From an uncultured Acidobacteriota bacterium (lineage in GTDB: Bacteria; Acidobacteriota; Terriglobia; Terriglobales; Acidobacteriaceae), in assembly GCA_963758005.1 (NCBI GenBank), contig CAVWTR010000001.1:7737-71736 (forward strand): a stretch of 64,000 bases of DNA, in the 5' to 3' direction. This document shows positions 1-8,720 of this stretch, piece by piece (positions within the stretch are counted from its first letter, which is position 1; every line of letters starts with the position of its first letter). Made by a program: the position numbers and the translations under genes. The notes under the pieces are model-generated. The model made no database searches. It had not been told where the DNA came from and saw only the letters and a program-made list of their open reading frames with translations.

Positions 1-1
1 C

Positions 2-1216
2 GGGGTGTTTCAGGATAATGTTAAGGCTGCTTATTCGCAGGATTTCGGCCGCAGTTGGCAACTGGCTGAGAACGTGGACCCGAAAAACTATCGCGTGTCG
101 GGCGACGTGTCGGTGGCCTTCGATAACCAGGGCCACGCCTTCGTGTGCTACATCGCCTTCGACAAGCTGGGGAGTTTCAACTATTGGGCGCGCGGCGCGA
201 CGCGCAATGGCATTTTTGTGAGGCGCTCGCTCGACGGCGGTAAAACCTGGGAAGCCGAGCACTTGCCCGTCGCTGAACAAACGAGTACGCCGGGAATTCC
301 GTTTGAAGACAAACCGGTGATTGTCGCGGACAACACCAAGGGGCGTTACGCGGGCAACCTTTACGTTGGATGGACGCGATGGAGATTGGCCGATTCGCAG
401 ATGGTGCTGTCGCGTTCGACCGACGATGGCAAGACGTGGTCGCAGCCGATAGAGATCGATGCGCACCCCGGGTTGCCGCGCGATGATAATGGCGCCGTGG
501 AGGGATTCGACGGCGTGGTCAGTCCGGATGGGACGCTCTACGCTATCTGGAGCCAGGATGACAAGATCATGTTCACGACATCCCGTGATGGCGGCAAGAA
601 ATTCTCTCGGGCGCGCGCCGCGATTCGTACCGCGCCCATCATGTTCGCCATCGACACGCTCGAAAGGGCGAACGGATTCCCGCAGATTGCCATCGACCCG
701 AAGACCAAGCACTTATATGTGACCTGGAGCGATTATCGCAACGGCGATCTTGACGTGTTCCTCGCAAGTTCTGACGATAGCGGGAAACATTGGTCGGCGC
801 CGGTTCGCGTGAATAATGATCCCGTACATAACGGAGCTGAACAGTTTTTTCAGTGGCTCGCCGTGGACCCGACCGATGGCGCCATCAACGTAATTTTTTA
901 TGATCGGCGGCGCGATCCTGAGAACCGTAAGCAGATCGTGGTTCTGGCGCGGTCGACCGACCACGGAAACAGCTTCAACAATTACGCTTGGACCAACGAA
1001 CCCTTCGAAGCCGGCGGCGTCTTCTTCGGGGACTATAGCGGGATTGCGGCCTACGGCGGGCGCGTCTACGGCATGTGGACAGAGAAACCTGTACCCGCGC
1101 CGGAAGCAAAGGACAAACCTCCGGCAGATAAGGACTCTAAAGACGCGAAGCCACTGCCTCGTGGAACGGTCGTCAAGATTGGAACCGCGGACTTTACGCC
1201 GAACCGCGCCAAGTGA
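2..1216 (+). CDS. BNR/Asp-box repeat sialidase-like glycosyl hydrolase, 5' end outside window
   Basis: The frame is open to the window edge. Four Asp-box motifs are present (SRSTDDGKTW, TSRDGGKKF, SSDDSGKHW, RSTDHGNSF), spaced as in beta-propeller sialidase-fold proteins. Confidence 0.8.
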   Translation, partial: GVFQDNVKAAYSQDFGRSWQLAENVDPKNYRVSGDVSVAFDNQGHAFVCYIAFDKLGSFNYWARGATRNGIFVRRSLDGGKTWEAEHLPVAEQTSTPGIPFEDKPVIVADNTKGRYAGNLYVGWTRWRLADSQMVLSRSTDDGKTWSQPIEIDAHPGLPRDDNGAVEGFDGVVSPDGTLYAIWSQDDKIMFTTSRDGGKKFSRARAAIRTAPIMFAIDTLERANGFPQIAIDPKTKHLYVTWSDYRNGDLDVFLASSDDSGKHWSAPVRVNNDPVHNGAEQFFQWLAVDPTDGAINVIFYDRRRDPENRKQIVVLARSTDHGNSFNNYAWTNEPFEAGGVFFGDYSGIAAYGGRVYGMWTEKPVPAPEAKDKPPADKDSKDAKPLPRGTVVKIGTADFTPNRAK

Positions 1217-1223
1217 GAGATGC

Positions 1224-1257
1224 AAAAATGAAAAGGCGATCTCACGGGAGATCGCCT
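1224..1257 (-). terminator. Rho-independent terminator downstream of the cold-shock gene, in the gap shared with the convergent BNR gene
   Basis: Perfect 10-bp stem aggcgatctc/gagatcgcct (1234-1257, loop acgg). On the minus strand it is followed by a U-rich tract (plus-strand aaaaatgaaaa). Confidence 0.7.
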
Positions 1258-1291
1258 CTCGCATCATCGCTTTTTAAATCAGAGATGAGGG

Positions 1292-1495
1292 TTAGAGCGG
1301 CTGGACGTTCTCAGCCTGCCAGCCCTTGGGGCCCTTGGTCACGTCGAACTGCACGGACTGGCCCTCCTGCAGGCTCTTGAAGCCGCCCGCCTGGATCGCT
1401 GAGAAGTGCACGAAAACATCTTCGCCATTCTGTCGGCTGATAAAGCCATAGCCCTTGGCGTCATTGAACCACTTTACTGTTCCTTGTTCTGCCAT
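1292..1495 (-). CDS. cspA: Cold-shock protein, CspA family
   Basis: 67 aa with RNP1 KGYGFI and RNP2 VFVHF motifs. The whole length fits the cold-shock domain ([15 protein letters not shown]...). Confidence 0.97.
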   Translation of the reverse strand: MAEQGTVKWFNDAKGYGFISRQNGEDVFVHFSAIQAGGFKSLQEGQSVQFDVTKGPKGWQAENVQPL

Positions 1496-1699
1496 ATAGA
1501 TCTGGTGTTCCTTTCAATCAGTTTGCAATTTAGTTTTTACGCTGGAGAGATTCGGAGGTACTGCTCGGCAGGTACTAGCTGATTCAGCGAGAACTGCTCA
1601 CGACCGACTCGGTCTAACGCACCTAGCGATGCTACGCCGCCGAGGTCCCGGTTAGCAAGCGAATTTGCTGCGGGCCGGTGAAGCGGTTCACTTGCAATT

Positions 1700-2008
1700 T
1701 TATCGTGAGGTTATGTTGCCGGGGGGTCCGCCGGCGTCCTGCGCGGCCTTGGACTCTCGCGTTTCCAGTTCCGCCTGGCGAAGCACGGTGGCTTCCGCGG
1801 GATCGGTTCCTGCTTTCAACGTGGTCTTTTCGAGGAAGTAGCGCCAGCCCTCATGCCGGTCGGCCGAGCTTTGGTTGTCTTCGAACTTTTTCAACGTGGA
1901 CTCCGCGTTGGTTCGTCCCTTGACGACTTCGACTACTCCCGCCGACTCGTAAGTTCGGACGTTGTGGCGGATGACAACGTAAGAAGCCTTAATTTCGTCG
2001 TTTGTCAG
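1700..2008 (-). CDS. Hypothetical protein with uncertain start (CTG at 2008 or TTG at 1894)
   Basis: The frame is open for 102 codons after a TGA and has protein-like composition upstream of the listed TTG start (TNDEIKASYVVIRHNVRTYESAGVVEVVKGR...). An AAGGGAG Shine-Dalgarno sits 6 nt upstream of the CTG at 2008. There is no in-frame ATG or GTG before 1894. Confidence 0.35.
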   Translation of the reverse strand: MTNDEIKASYVVIRHNVRTYESAGVVEVVKGRTNAESTLKKFEDNQSSADRHEGWRYFLEKTTLKAGTDPAEATVLRQAELETRESKAAQDAGGPPGNITSR

Positions 2009-2284
2009 ATGCGCTCCCTTTTCTCAGCCGAGAACCTTAGACCCTACTCTTCAGAGTATGCGCGGCAGGCATGATTAGCAAGTGACGGCGGTTTGCGGCG
2101 GGGCCCTAATTTGGCTTTCTTCACCACAGAGTTACAGAGTCGCAGAGAAAACCTTGAACCTGTAAAACCAAGAGGAAAGGGATTGCCAGGCATTTTTGTC
2201 TCTGTCTCTCTGTGACTCTGTGGTGGAAAGCAAACAGGTTTGAAACCGGCAGAATTTGCTTTCTTGACAGTGGCCAATCTATCT

Positions 2285-2299
2285 GTTACACATTGTAAC
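2285..2299 (+). promoter_or_regulatory. Candidate BlaI/MecI-type operator overlapping the blaI promoter
   Basis: Perfect dyad GTTACA-CAT-TGTAAC carries the TACA/TGTA half-sites used by BlaI/MecI/CopY-family repressors. A further TACA lies at 2302-2305 inside a TACAAT -10-like hexamer. A TTGACA -35-like hexamer lies at 2264-2269. The dyad is immediately upstream of the blaI ATG. Confidence 0.5.
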
Positions 2300-2317
2300 G
2301 CTACAATGACTAACATA

Positions 2318-2770
2318 ATGACAAACGTGAGGAAGGCACGTCTAAAGAACATGGGCGAAGTGGAGCAAGTCGTGATGGATTACATCTGGGCACATGGTCC
2401 CTCGTCGTCCGAAGCCTGCCGCGAAGGGCTGGCTGCATCGCGTCCAATGAAGGACTCGACCATTCGGACCGTGCTGCGCCGGCTGGAAGAAAAAGGGTTT
2501 CTCACCCATGAGACGCAGGGCCGCACGTTTATCTACCAAGCGTCGGACGCGCGCCAGAACGTTGCCGTCCGCGCGGTGAAGGCCATCATCGACCGCTTCT
2601 GTGGCGGGTCGGCCGAGCAACTGGTGCTTGGCATGGTGGACAATGCCGTGCTCAACCGTAAGCAATTGGAGCGCCTCGCGCGAAAGATTTCTGAGAAAAC
2701 AAATCCCGAACGAACGGCTTCGGAGAAAACTGCCAAGACAATCCGCAACAAGAAGGACGGAGAATCATGA
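2318..2770 (+). CDS. blaI: BlaI/MecI/CopY-family transcriptional repressor
   Basis: The N-terminus MTNVRKARLKNMGEVEQVVMDYIW parallels the BlaI/MecI N-terminal pattern (x-E-x-x-V-M-x-x-I-W). A winged-helix segment STIRTVLRRLEEKGFL is present. The stop overlaps the next ORF start (ATGA at 2767-2770). Alternative ATGs lie at 2306 and 2351. Confidence 0.85.
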   Translation: MTNVRKARLKNMGEVEQVVMDYIWAHGPSSSEACREGLAASRPMKDSTIRTVLRRLEEKGFLTHETQGRTFIYQASDARQNVAVRAVKAIIDRFCGGSAEQLVLGMVDNAVLNRKQLERLARKISEKTNPERTASEKTAKTIRNKKDGES

Positions 2771-4997
2771 CGCTTATCGCCACATTGTCAGCGTCCACAA
2801 GCGTACTTGCTCTGCTGGCGAATTCCGCCGTGCGCACTCTCGCGCTGAGTGGCGCGGTGGGTCTTGGGCTGGTAGCGTTCCGCGTGAAGTCCACCATGGT
2901 GCGCCTGTTCGCCTGGACTGCGGTTCTCTATGCGGGGCTCGCCATGCCCTTACTACAACGGGCGCTTCCAACTGTGCTAGTTACCACTCCTGCGTTTCTC
3001 CAGTCCGCGGAGGCGCAGCCATTTGCCAGTACGCTAGACGCTGCTAATGGCGAGGTTGTTCGGGCGCACGTGGCGGCCGAGACGGCATCGTCTGATGTGA
3101 TCGTCCATCGGACAGCATCTGTGTCTCGCGTGGACCGCGATTTACGGCCGAGCCGCGAGACGGTCAGCGTCGCAGCGAGCAAGGCAAGTTCGCCGCGGTT
3201 TCTGACTTCGAGGGGGACTTCCCTTCTGAGTTCGATTCCGTGGAGCGCAGTTGCCGCTGGGATTTATTTCGCTGTCGCGCTTCTGTTGCTGGTGCGCTTC
3301 TGCGTGGGGCTCGCGTTCGGCCGGCGTCTCCGGCAAGCATCGCAATGGATTGACGATCCGCGCATTACAGCGAGAATTACCTCGCGAGCACACGCCTATG
3401 GACTGACCTTGATTCCTCAGGCGGCTGAATCCGAATTGATTTCCGTGCCCCTGACCATGGGAGTGCTGCGCGCCAGCGATTCTACTGCCTGTGGGCTGGC
3501 GTGAATGGGATGACGCCAAGCTCGACGCCGTAATAGCACACGAAGTGTCGCATGTAGAGCGGCGGGATGCGCTCACCCAACGGCTCTCGCTTCTGCATCG
3601 AGCGATTTTCTGGTTCAGTCCGCTGGCCTGGTGGCTCGACTGGCATCTCGCTGACCTCGCGGAGCAGGCTAGCGACGAGGCCGCGTTAGCTTGCGGCGCG
3701 GGCCGCGAAGATTACGCCAGAACGTTGCTCGGATTCTTTGAAGCTCTGCAGGGCGCGCCCGGCCGGGTGTGGTGGCAAGGCGTTGCGATGGCCAAGGCTG
3801 GTCAGGCCGAAAAAAGATTGGAAAGAATTCTCTCCTGGAAAGGATCTGTTGCCATGCGTTTGAAAAAATCGATTGCTGTTGTGGTGCTCGCATTCGCGGT
3901 TCCTATGGTCTATCTCGCAGCCTCTGTGCATCCGGCTAACAAAGCCGACGACCTTCACGGCGTGGCCGCGCCCAGGAACGGACTCCGCCACCGGCCCTCG
4001 CCCGCGCCCGGGGCGACATACTCAGCCAGAGGCTACGCCAGTTGTACTCCGCAAGCGCTCCGCTCCGGATTCTGCTGAAATTGTTCCGCACCCCCGGCGA
4101 TCAGCGGAGGGGTTAGGGGTGGGATTGACGGAGGGGTTATCGGGGGCGTTGCAGTCGCCCGACCCGAGTCGCGCCCGTGGCAGGGGTTGTCGGAGTCCGG
4201 TGACCCTGTCGCGCTCTGTTCTGCGGTTTCGCGGACAGCGTGGCGAGCAGGCAATCCACTGGAAGCCGGGACCGTCGTCCTCGTATGGCGGATGACGCGT
4301 TCAGCCAAGCAAACGGCGTGGGACCTCCCCGTCCCAGGCGCGCGGTTATTCTTATTCCTACGGTTATGACGACGAACAACGCTTCGTCATCGTCAGCGGC
4401 AAGACTGACGCGCTGACCATGTCGGGCTCGACGGACGATGCCCGGCATGTCGAGAAATTAAGGAAATCGATCACGGGTGACTTCATCTGGTTCCAGCGCG
4501 ACGAGAAGTCTTATGTCATTCGCGACCAGGCTACGATCGATCGCGCCCGTAAACTCTGGGCTCCGCAGGACGAGATTGGCAAGAAACAGGAAGAACTTGG
4601 TAAGCAGGAAGAAGCCCTGGGAAAACAACAGGAGGAGTTGGGCGCGAAAATGGAACAGATTCACGTGAACGTTCCGGACATGACGGCCGAGTTGGACAAG
4701 CTGAAAGCGGAGTTGAAGAAACTCAGCGCCGGAGCCACTGCGGAGCAGATTGGCGACGTTCAATCAGAAATTGGAGATTTGCAGAGCAAGATTGGCGACA
4801 TTCAGTCGAAGGCTGGCGATCAGCAAAGCAGGCTCGGTGAGCAGATGAGTGCGCTTGGAGAAAAACAGGGGAAGCTTGGCGAGGAGCAAGGCAAGCTCGG
4901 CGAACAGCAGGGCCGACTGGCGCAGGAAGCTTCGCGGCAGATGAAGCAACTGCTCGACGAAGCGATCGCGAAGGGCACGGCACAACCCGAACTGTAA
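2767..4997 (+). pseudogene. blaR1: BlaR1-like M56 metallopeptidase/signal transducer with coiled-coil C-terminal domain, reading frame broken at several points
   Basis: ORF 2767-3504 gives the TM-rich N-terminus ending ...PLTMGVLRA. ORF 3491-4078, in another frame, continues with ILLPVGWREWDDAKLDAVIAHEVSHVERRD (HExxH). Skipping one base near 3469-3473 restores GVLR-PAILLP. That frame then hits TGA at 4076-4078. The C-terminal domain (GYSYSYGYDDEQRFVIVSGKTDALTMSGS..., then EELGKQ/IGDxQSK heptad repeats to 4997) is in a third frame. It is open only from 4296 and has no start codon before 4419. Confidence 0.7.
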
Positions 4998-5042
4998 CGC
5001 TCTCGGGCGTCCGCGGCGAAGTTCAGCTGGGCGATGTAACCT

Positions 5043-6675
5043 CTACCGACTGCCACGCAATCTGCGATACCGGCCGATCAGCGTGTTGGTCGAGCTGTCG
5101 TGCTTGAGCTGCGGTTCGGTGGAACTGTGCAACTCGGGAATGATGCGCTGGGCCAGCACTTTGCCAAGTTCCACTCCCCACTGATCGAAGGAATCGATGT
5201 TCCAGATTGCGCTTTGCGTGAAAACGCTGTGTTCGTAGAGGGCCACCAGCGAACCTACGACTCGCGGAGTTAGTTTCTCAGCGAGGATCAAGTTGGTTGG
5301 CCGGTTGCCTTCGCAAACGCGGAAGGGCGTTTGAAAATCCGGCGAGCCCTCGGCCTTCAATTCCTCGGCGGTCTTGCCGAAAGCTAAGGCTTCTGCCTGC
5401 GCGAACAGATTCGCCATCAGCAGATCGTGATGATCGGTGAACTCGCTGAGCGGCTGGCAGAATCCGATCAGGTCGCACGGGATAAGTTTCGTGCCCTGGT
5501 GAATGAGCTGGTAGAACGAGTGCTGGCCGTCGGTTCCCGGCTCACCCCAGATGATCGGCCCGGTCTGGTAGCTTACGATCTGGCGGTCAAGGTCCACGTG
5601 CTTGCCGTTACTTTCCATCTGCAGTTGTTGCAGGTACGCCGGAAAGCGCTTGAGATTATCGGCATAGGGCATGATGCCGATGGTTTGTGCTCCGAAGAAA
5701 TTGTTGTACCAGACGGTCAGCAGACCCAGCAGGACGGGAAGATTCTTCTCCAAGCGGCGTGGTGCGGAAGTGCTCATCCATGTCGTGGAATCCGCCGAGC
5801 AACTCGGAGAAACCATCGGGGCCGATCGCGATCATGGTGGAAAGTCCGATCGCGGAGTCCATGGAATAGCGGCCGCCGACCCAATCCCAAAATCCGAACA
5901 TGTTAGCGGTGTCGATGCCGAACTTGGCGACTCCTTCGGCGTTGGTTGAGACCGCCACGAAGTGTTTGGCGACAGCCGCATCGCTCTTGAGAGCATTCAC
6001 AATCCAGCGGCGAGCCGTGGCGGCGTTGGTCATGGTCTCGAGCGTGGTGAAGGTCTTTGATGACAGAATGAATAGCGTTTCCGCGGGATCGAGGTCATGC
6101 GTGGCTTCGGCAAATGCGGCGCCATCCACGTTCGCCACAAAACGAAATTTCATGCTGCGGTCGGTAAATGTGCGTAACGCGTCGAAAGCCATCTCAGGAC
6201 CCAGGTAAGAGCCGCCGATGCCGACATTGATCACATTCTTTATGGCTTTGCCGGTGTGGCCTTTCCATTCGCCGCTGCGAACACGCTTCGAGAATGCGGC
6301 CATCTTGTCGAGCACTGCATGCACTTCCGGGACAACGTCCTCGCCGTCGACTTTGATCTGTGTGCCTCGCGGGGCGCGCAGAGCAACGTGCAGCACCGCC
6401 CGATTTTCGGTGATGTTGATCTTCTCGCCGCGGAACATGGCATCGCGACGTTCGGCAACGCCACGCTCCTTAGCCAATTGAACGAGCAGCCGAAGGGTCT
6501 CATCGGTAATTCGGTTCTTCGAGTAGTCCAGGTAGAGACCGGCGCTTTCGGCAACCAGGCGCTCACCACGGCCGGAATCCTCGGCAAATAACCGCCGAAG
6601 TGAGACGCCCTTAATCGTTTCGTAATGAGTCTGCAGCGCACGCCATGACACGGTTTCGGTCAGTTGCTGGGTCAT
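5043..6675 (-). pseudogene. pgi: Glucose-6-phosphate isomerase with an apparent 1-nt frameshift (or assembly indel)
   Basis: The N-terminal ORF (MTQQLTE...GIGGSYLGP...[12 protein letters not shown]) and the C-terminal ORF ([24 protein letters not shown]...[10 protein letters not shown]...) are both full-length PGI-like. They abut at ccg-c-ttg (5757-5751), and removing one base gives [14 protein letters not shown]. An AGGAG Shine-Dalgarno lies before the ATG at 6675. Confidence 0.8.
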
Positions 6676-6996
6676 TCCCCGCTCCTTATTCATTTCTCGA
6701 TGCACAAACTCATGGGCGGTTATCGAAGCCGCCTCTGCATCATATTAAAACCGAATCGGCCCAGACCGATCACTCCAACTTAAATTTCATTAATCTCTGA
6801 ATCGCTGCCTGACGAAGAAGTGGTCGCCATCTTCCTCCAGGGTGATCTAACTGATTGCGCCTTCGTTAGTTCCGTGGCCTGCACCCGAAGGGACACGGCC
6901 CAAAAGCGCCATTTGCAGGGCGAGCGCCGGTCGGGGTGTTGGTCGTCTGGGCGGAGAGGGAGTACCTCTCCACTCAAGTCGCAATCCGGGCAGCCG

Positions 6997-8253
6997 ATGA
7001 CGGCTTTAGGCCCATACACAAGTCGCGCCGTCATGGTCGTGTCGGCAGATGGAGAACTGTGCGAATTGGAATGGCCTAATCAAACAGGAGGTTCAGTTAC
7101 GACGACTCTGGTTGCCGACGAAACAGTTGCGACGCAAATCCGGGACCAGAGCGGCAGCAAATTGCGCGTTTTGTTGGTCGAGGATGAACTGGCCGATGCG
7201 GAATTGATCTTACGCGCCTTGCGCCAGGCAGGTTTTGAAGTCATCGAAGACATCGCGCAGACCGCGAAGGCCTTCACCGAATTGGTGCGCAAGAACTCCT
7301 ACGACGTAATTCTGGCGGACTACAAACTGCCCAACTGGAATGGCATGGAATCGGTCGAATTGCTACGCCGGGAACAGCTCGACATTCCGGTCATCCTGGT
7401 ATCGGGAGCCCTGGGGGAGCTAACGGCGGTCGAATGCATCAAAGAGGGCGCCGCCGATTATGTCCTGAAGGACCAACTGGCGCGGCTTCCCGGTTCGGTG
7501 CGGCGGGCCATGCGCGAAAAAGAATTACGGCAGGAGAACAAACAAGGGCATGAGGATCTGGCCCGTTCGAATCAGGACCTCGAGCAGTTTGCCTACGTCG
7601 CTTCGCACGATTTGCAGGAACCCCTGCGCATGGTTGCGACCTATACACAACTGCTGGCGGAGCGTTACCGGGGCAAACTTGATGCCGACGCGGACAAATA
7701 CATTCACTACGCGGTCGACGGCGCTCTGCGCATGCAGAAGCTGGTGCAGGACCTGCTGACTTTTTCACGGGTGGGACGGCAACAGCTTTTGCTGCAGAGA
7801 ATCGACTGCAACATCGTGCTGCAGACGGCTTTGACAAATCTGGAGGCAGCGATTCAGGAAAGCCACGCAGTGGTTGAGCGCGCTGAACTTCCGGTAGTGA
7901 CGGCCGATGGTTCCCAGCTGGTGCAGGTATTGCAAAACCTGATTGGGAACGCCATTAAGTTTCGCGGCTCCGAAGCACCCGTAATTCGAGTCAGTGCAGA
8001 ATCGCAGACCAAGGAATGGGTTTTCTCGGTGGCAGACAACGGAATTGGCATCGCAGCCGAGTACGCGGAGGACGTGTTCGTCATTTTCCGGCGTCTGCAT
8101 ACCCGGGCCGAATACGTGGGGAACGGTATCGGGCTCGCGATTTGCAAGAAGATTATCGAGCAACACGGCGGCCGGATCTGGTTCGAATCCGAACCAGGCC
8201 ACGGTTCCACTTTCCGATTCACTCTTCCAACCAAGGTTAACGCCAAGGCGTGA
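6997..8253 (+). CDS. Receiver-histidine kinase (N-terminal REC, HisKA, HATPase; no sensor domain)
   Basis: REC segment LRVLLVEDE...DVILADYKLP. H-box FAYVASHDLQEPLR, N-box QNLIGNAIKF, G1 DNGIGI, G2 GNGIGLAICK. The track ORF starts at 6820, but the first ATG, at 6997, is the more plausible start. Confidence 0.85.
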   Translation: MTALGPYTSRAVMVVSADGELCELEWPNQTGGSVTTTLVADETVATQIRDQSGSKLRVLLVEDELADAELILRALRQAGFEVIEDIAQTAKAFTELVRKNSYDVILADYKLPNWNGMESVELLRREQLDIPVILVSGALGELTAVECIKEGAADYVLKDQLARLPGSVRRAMREKELRQENKQGHEDLARSNQDLEQFAYVASHDLQEPLRMVATYTQLLAERYRGKLDADADKYIHYAVDGALRMQKLVQDLLTFSRVGRQQLLLQRIDCNIVLQTALTNLEAAIQESHAVVERAELPVVTADGSQLVQVLQNLIGNAIKFRGSEAPVIRVSAESQTKEWVFSVADNGIGIAAEYAEDVFVIFRRLHTRAEYVGNGIGLAICKKIIEQHGGRIWFESEPGHGSTFRFTLPTKVNAKA

Positions 8254-8279
8254 GGCGAAAGCGAGGGGAAATAGAGGAT

Positions 8280-8720
8280 ATGAAAAGCGCATCTGAAATT
8301 CTGATGGTGGACGACAACCCGGCGGACATCGACCTGACCACCGAAGTCCTGGCTCAGATCGAAGGACGCTATCACATGAACTCGGTGAATGACGGCGAGG
8401 AGGCGATTTCTTTTCTGCGGCACCAGGGGAAATATGCCAAAGCGCCGGTGCCGGATCTGGTCGTTCTCGACTTGAACCTGCCGCGCAAGGATGGTTGCGA
8501 GGTGCTATCCAACATCCGGGCGGACCCCGCTCTGGCGCGGATTCCTGTGGTAGTTTTCACAACTTCCCAGGCCAATAGCGACATCAGCCGCAGTTACGAC
8601 GTAGGCGCCAACTGCTATTTGCGAAAGCCGGGAAACCTTGCGGAATTCGTGGCAGCGGTTCAATCGATGGCGGAGTTTTGGCTTGGCTTTGCCACTCTGC
8701 CGCAGAAGGAGAAAAGGTGA
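8280..8720 (+). CDS. Single-domain response regulator (CheY/Rcp1-like)
   Basis: ILMVDDNPADIDL...DLVVLDLNLPRKDG...VVVFTTS...YLRKP. A GAGGA Shine-Dalgarno precedes the ATG at 8280. No output domain. Confidence 0.9.
   Translation: MKSASEILMVDDNPADIDLTTEVLAQIEGRYHMNSVNDGEEAISFLRHQGKYAKAPVPDLVVLDLNLPRKDGCEVLSNIRADPALARIPVVVFTTSQANSDISRSYDVGANCYLRKPGNLAEFVAAVQSMAEFWLGFATLPQKEKR

Noticed and set aside
4076-4078. In-frame TGA in blaR1 as selenocysteine or programmed read-through
   Set aside because: No SECIS-like hairpin is evident downstream. The codon lies in a low-complexity linker and the same gene carries additional frame changes. Decay or sequence error is the simpler explanation.
6820-6996. 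N-terminal 59-codon extension of the first REC-kinase in the ORF track
   Set aside because: The extension is Arg/Cys/Ser-rich and starts at a non-ATG codon inside the pgi-kinase divergent promoter region. The first ATG, at 6997, leaves a normal-length lead into the receiver domain.
8179-8200. tRNA-like GGTTCGAATCC (T-arm consensus) strings at 8181 and at 39586
   Set aside because: Neither is flanked by sequence that can form acceptor, D or anticodon arms. The first is a palindrome inside the kinase coding sequence (IWFESEPG). The second sits in the AT-rich promoter region.
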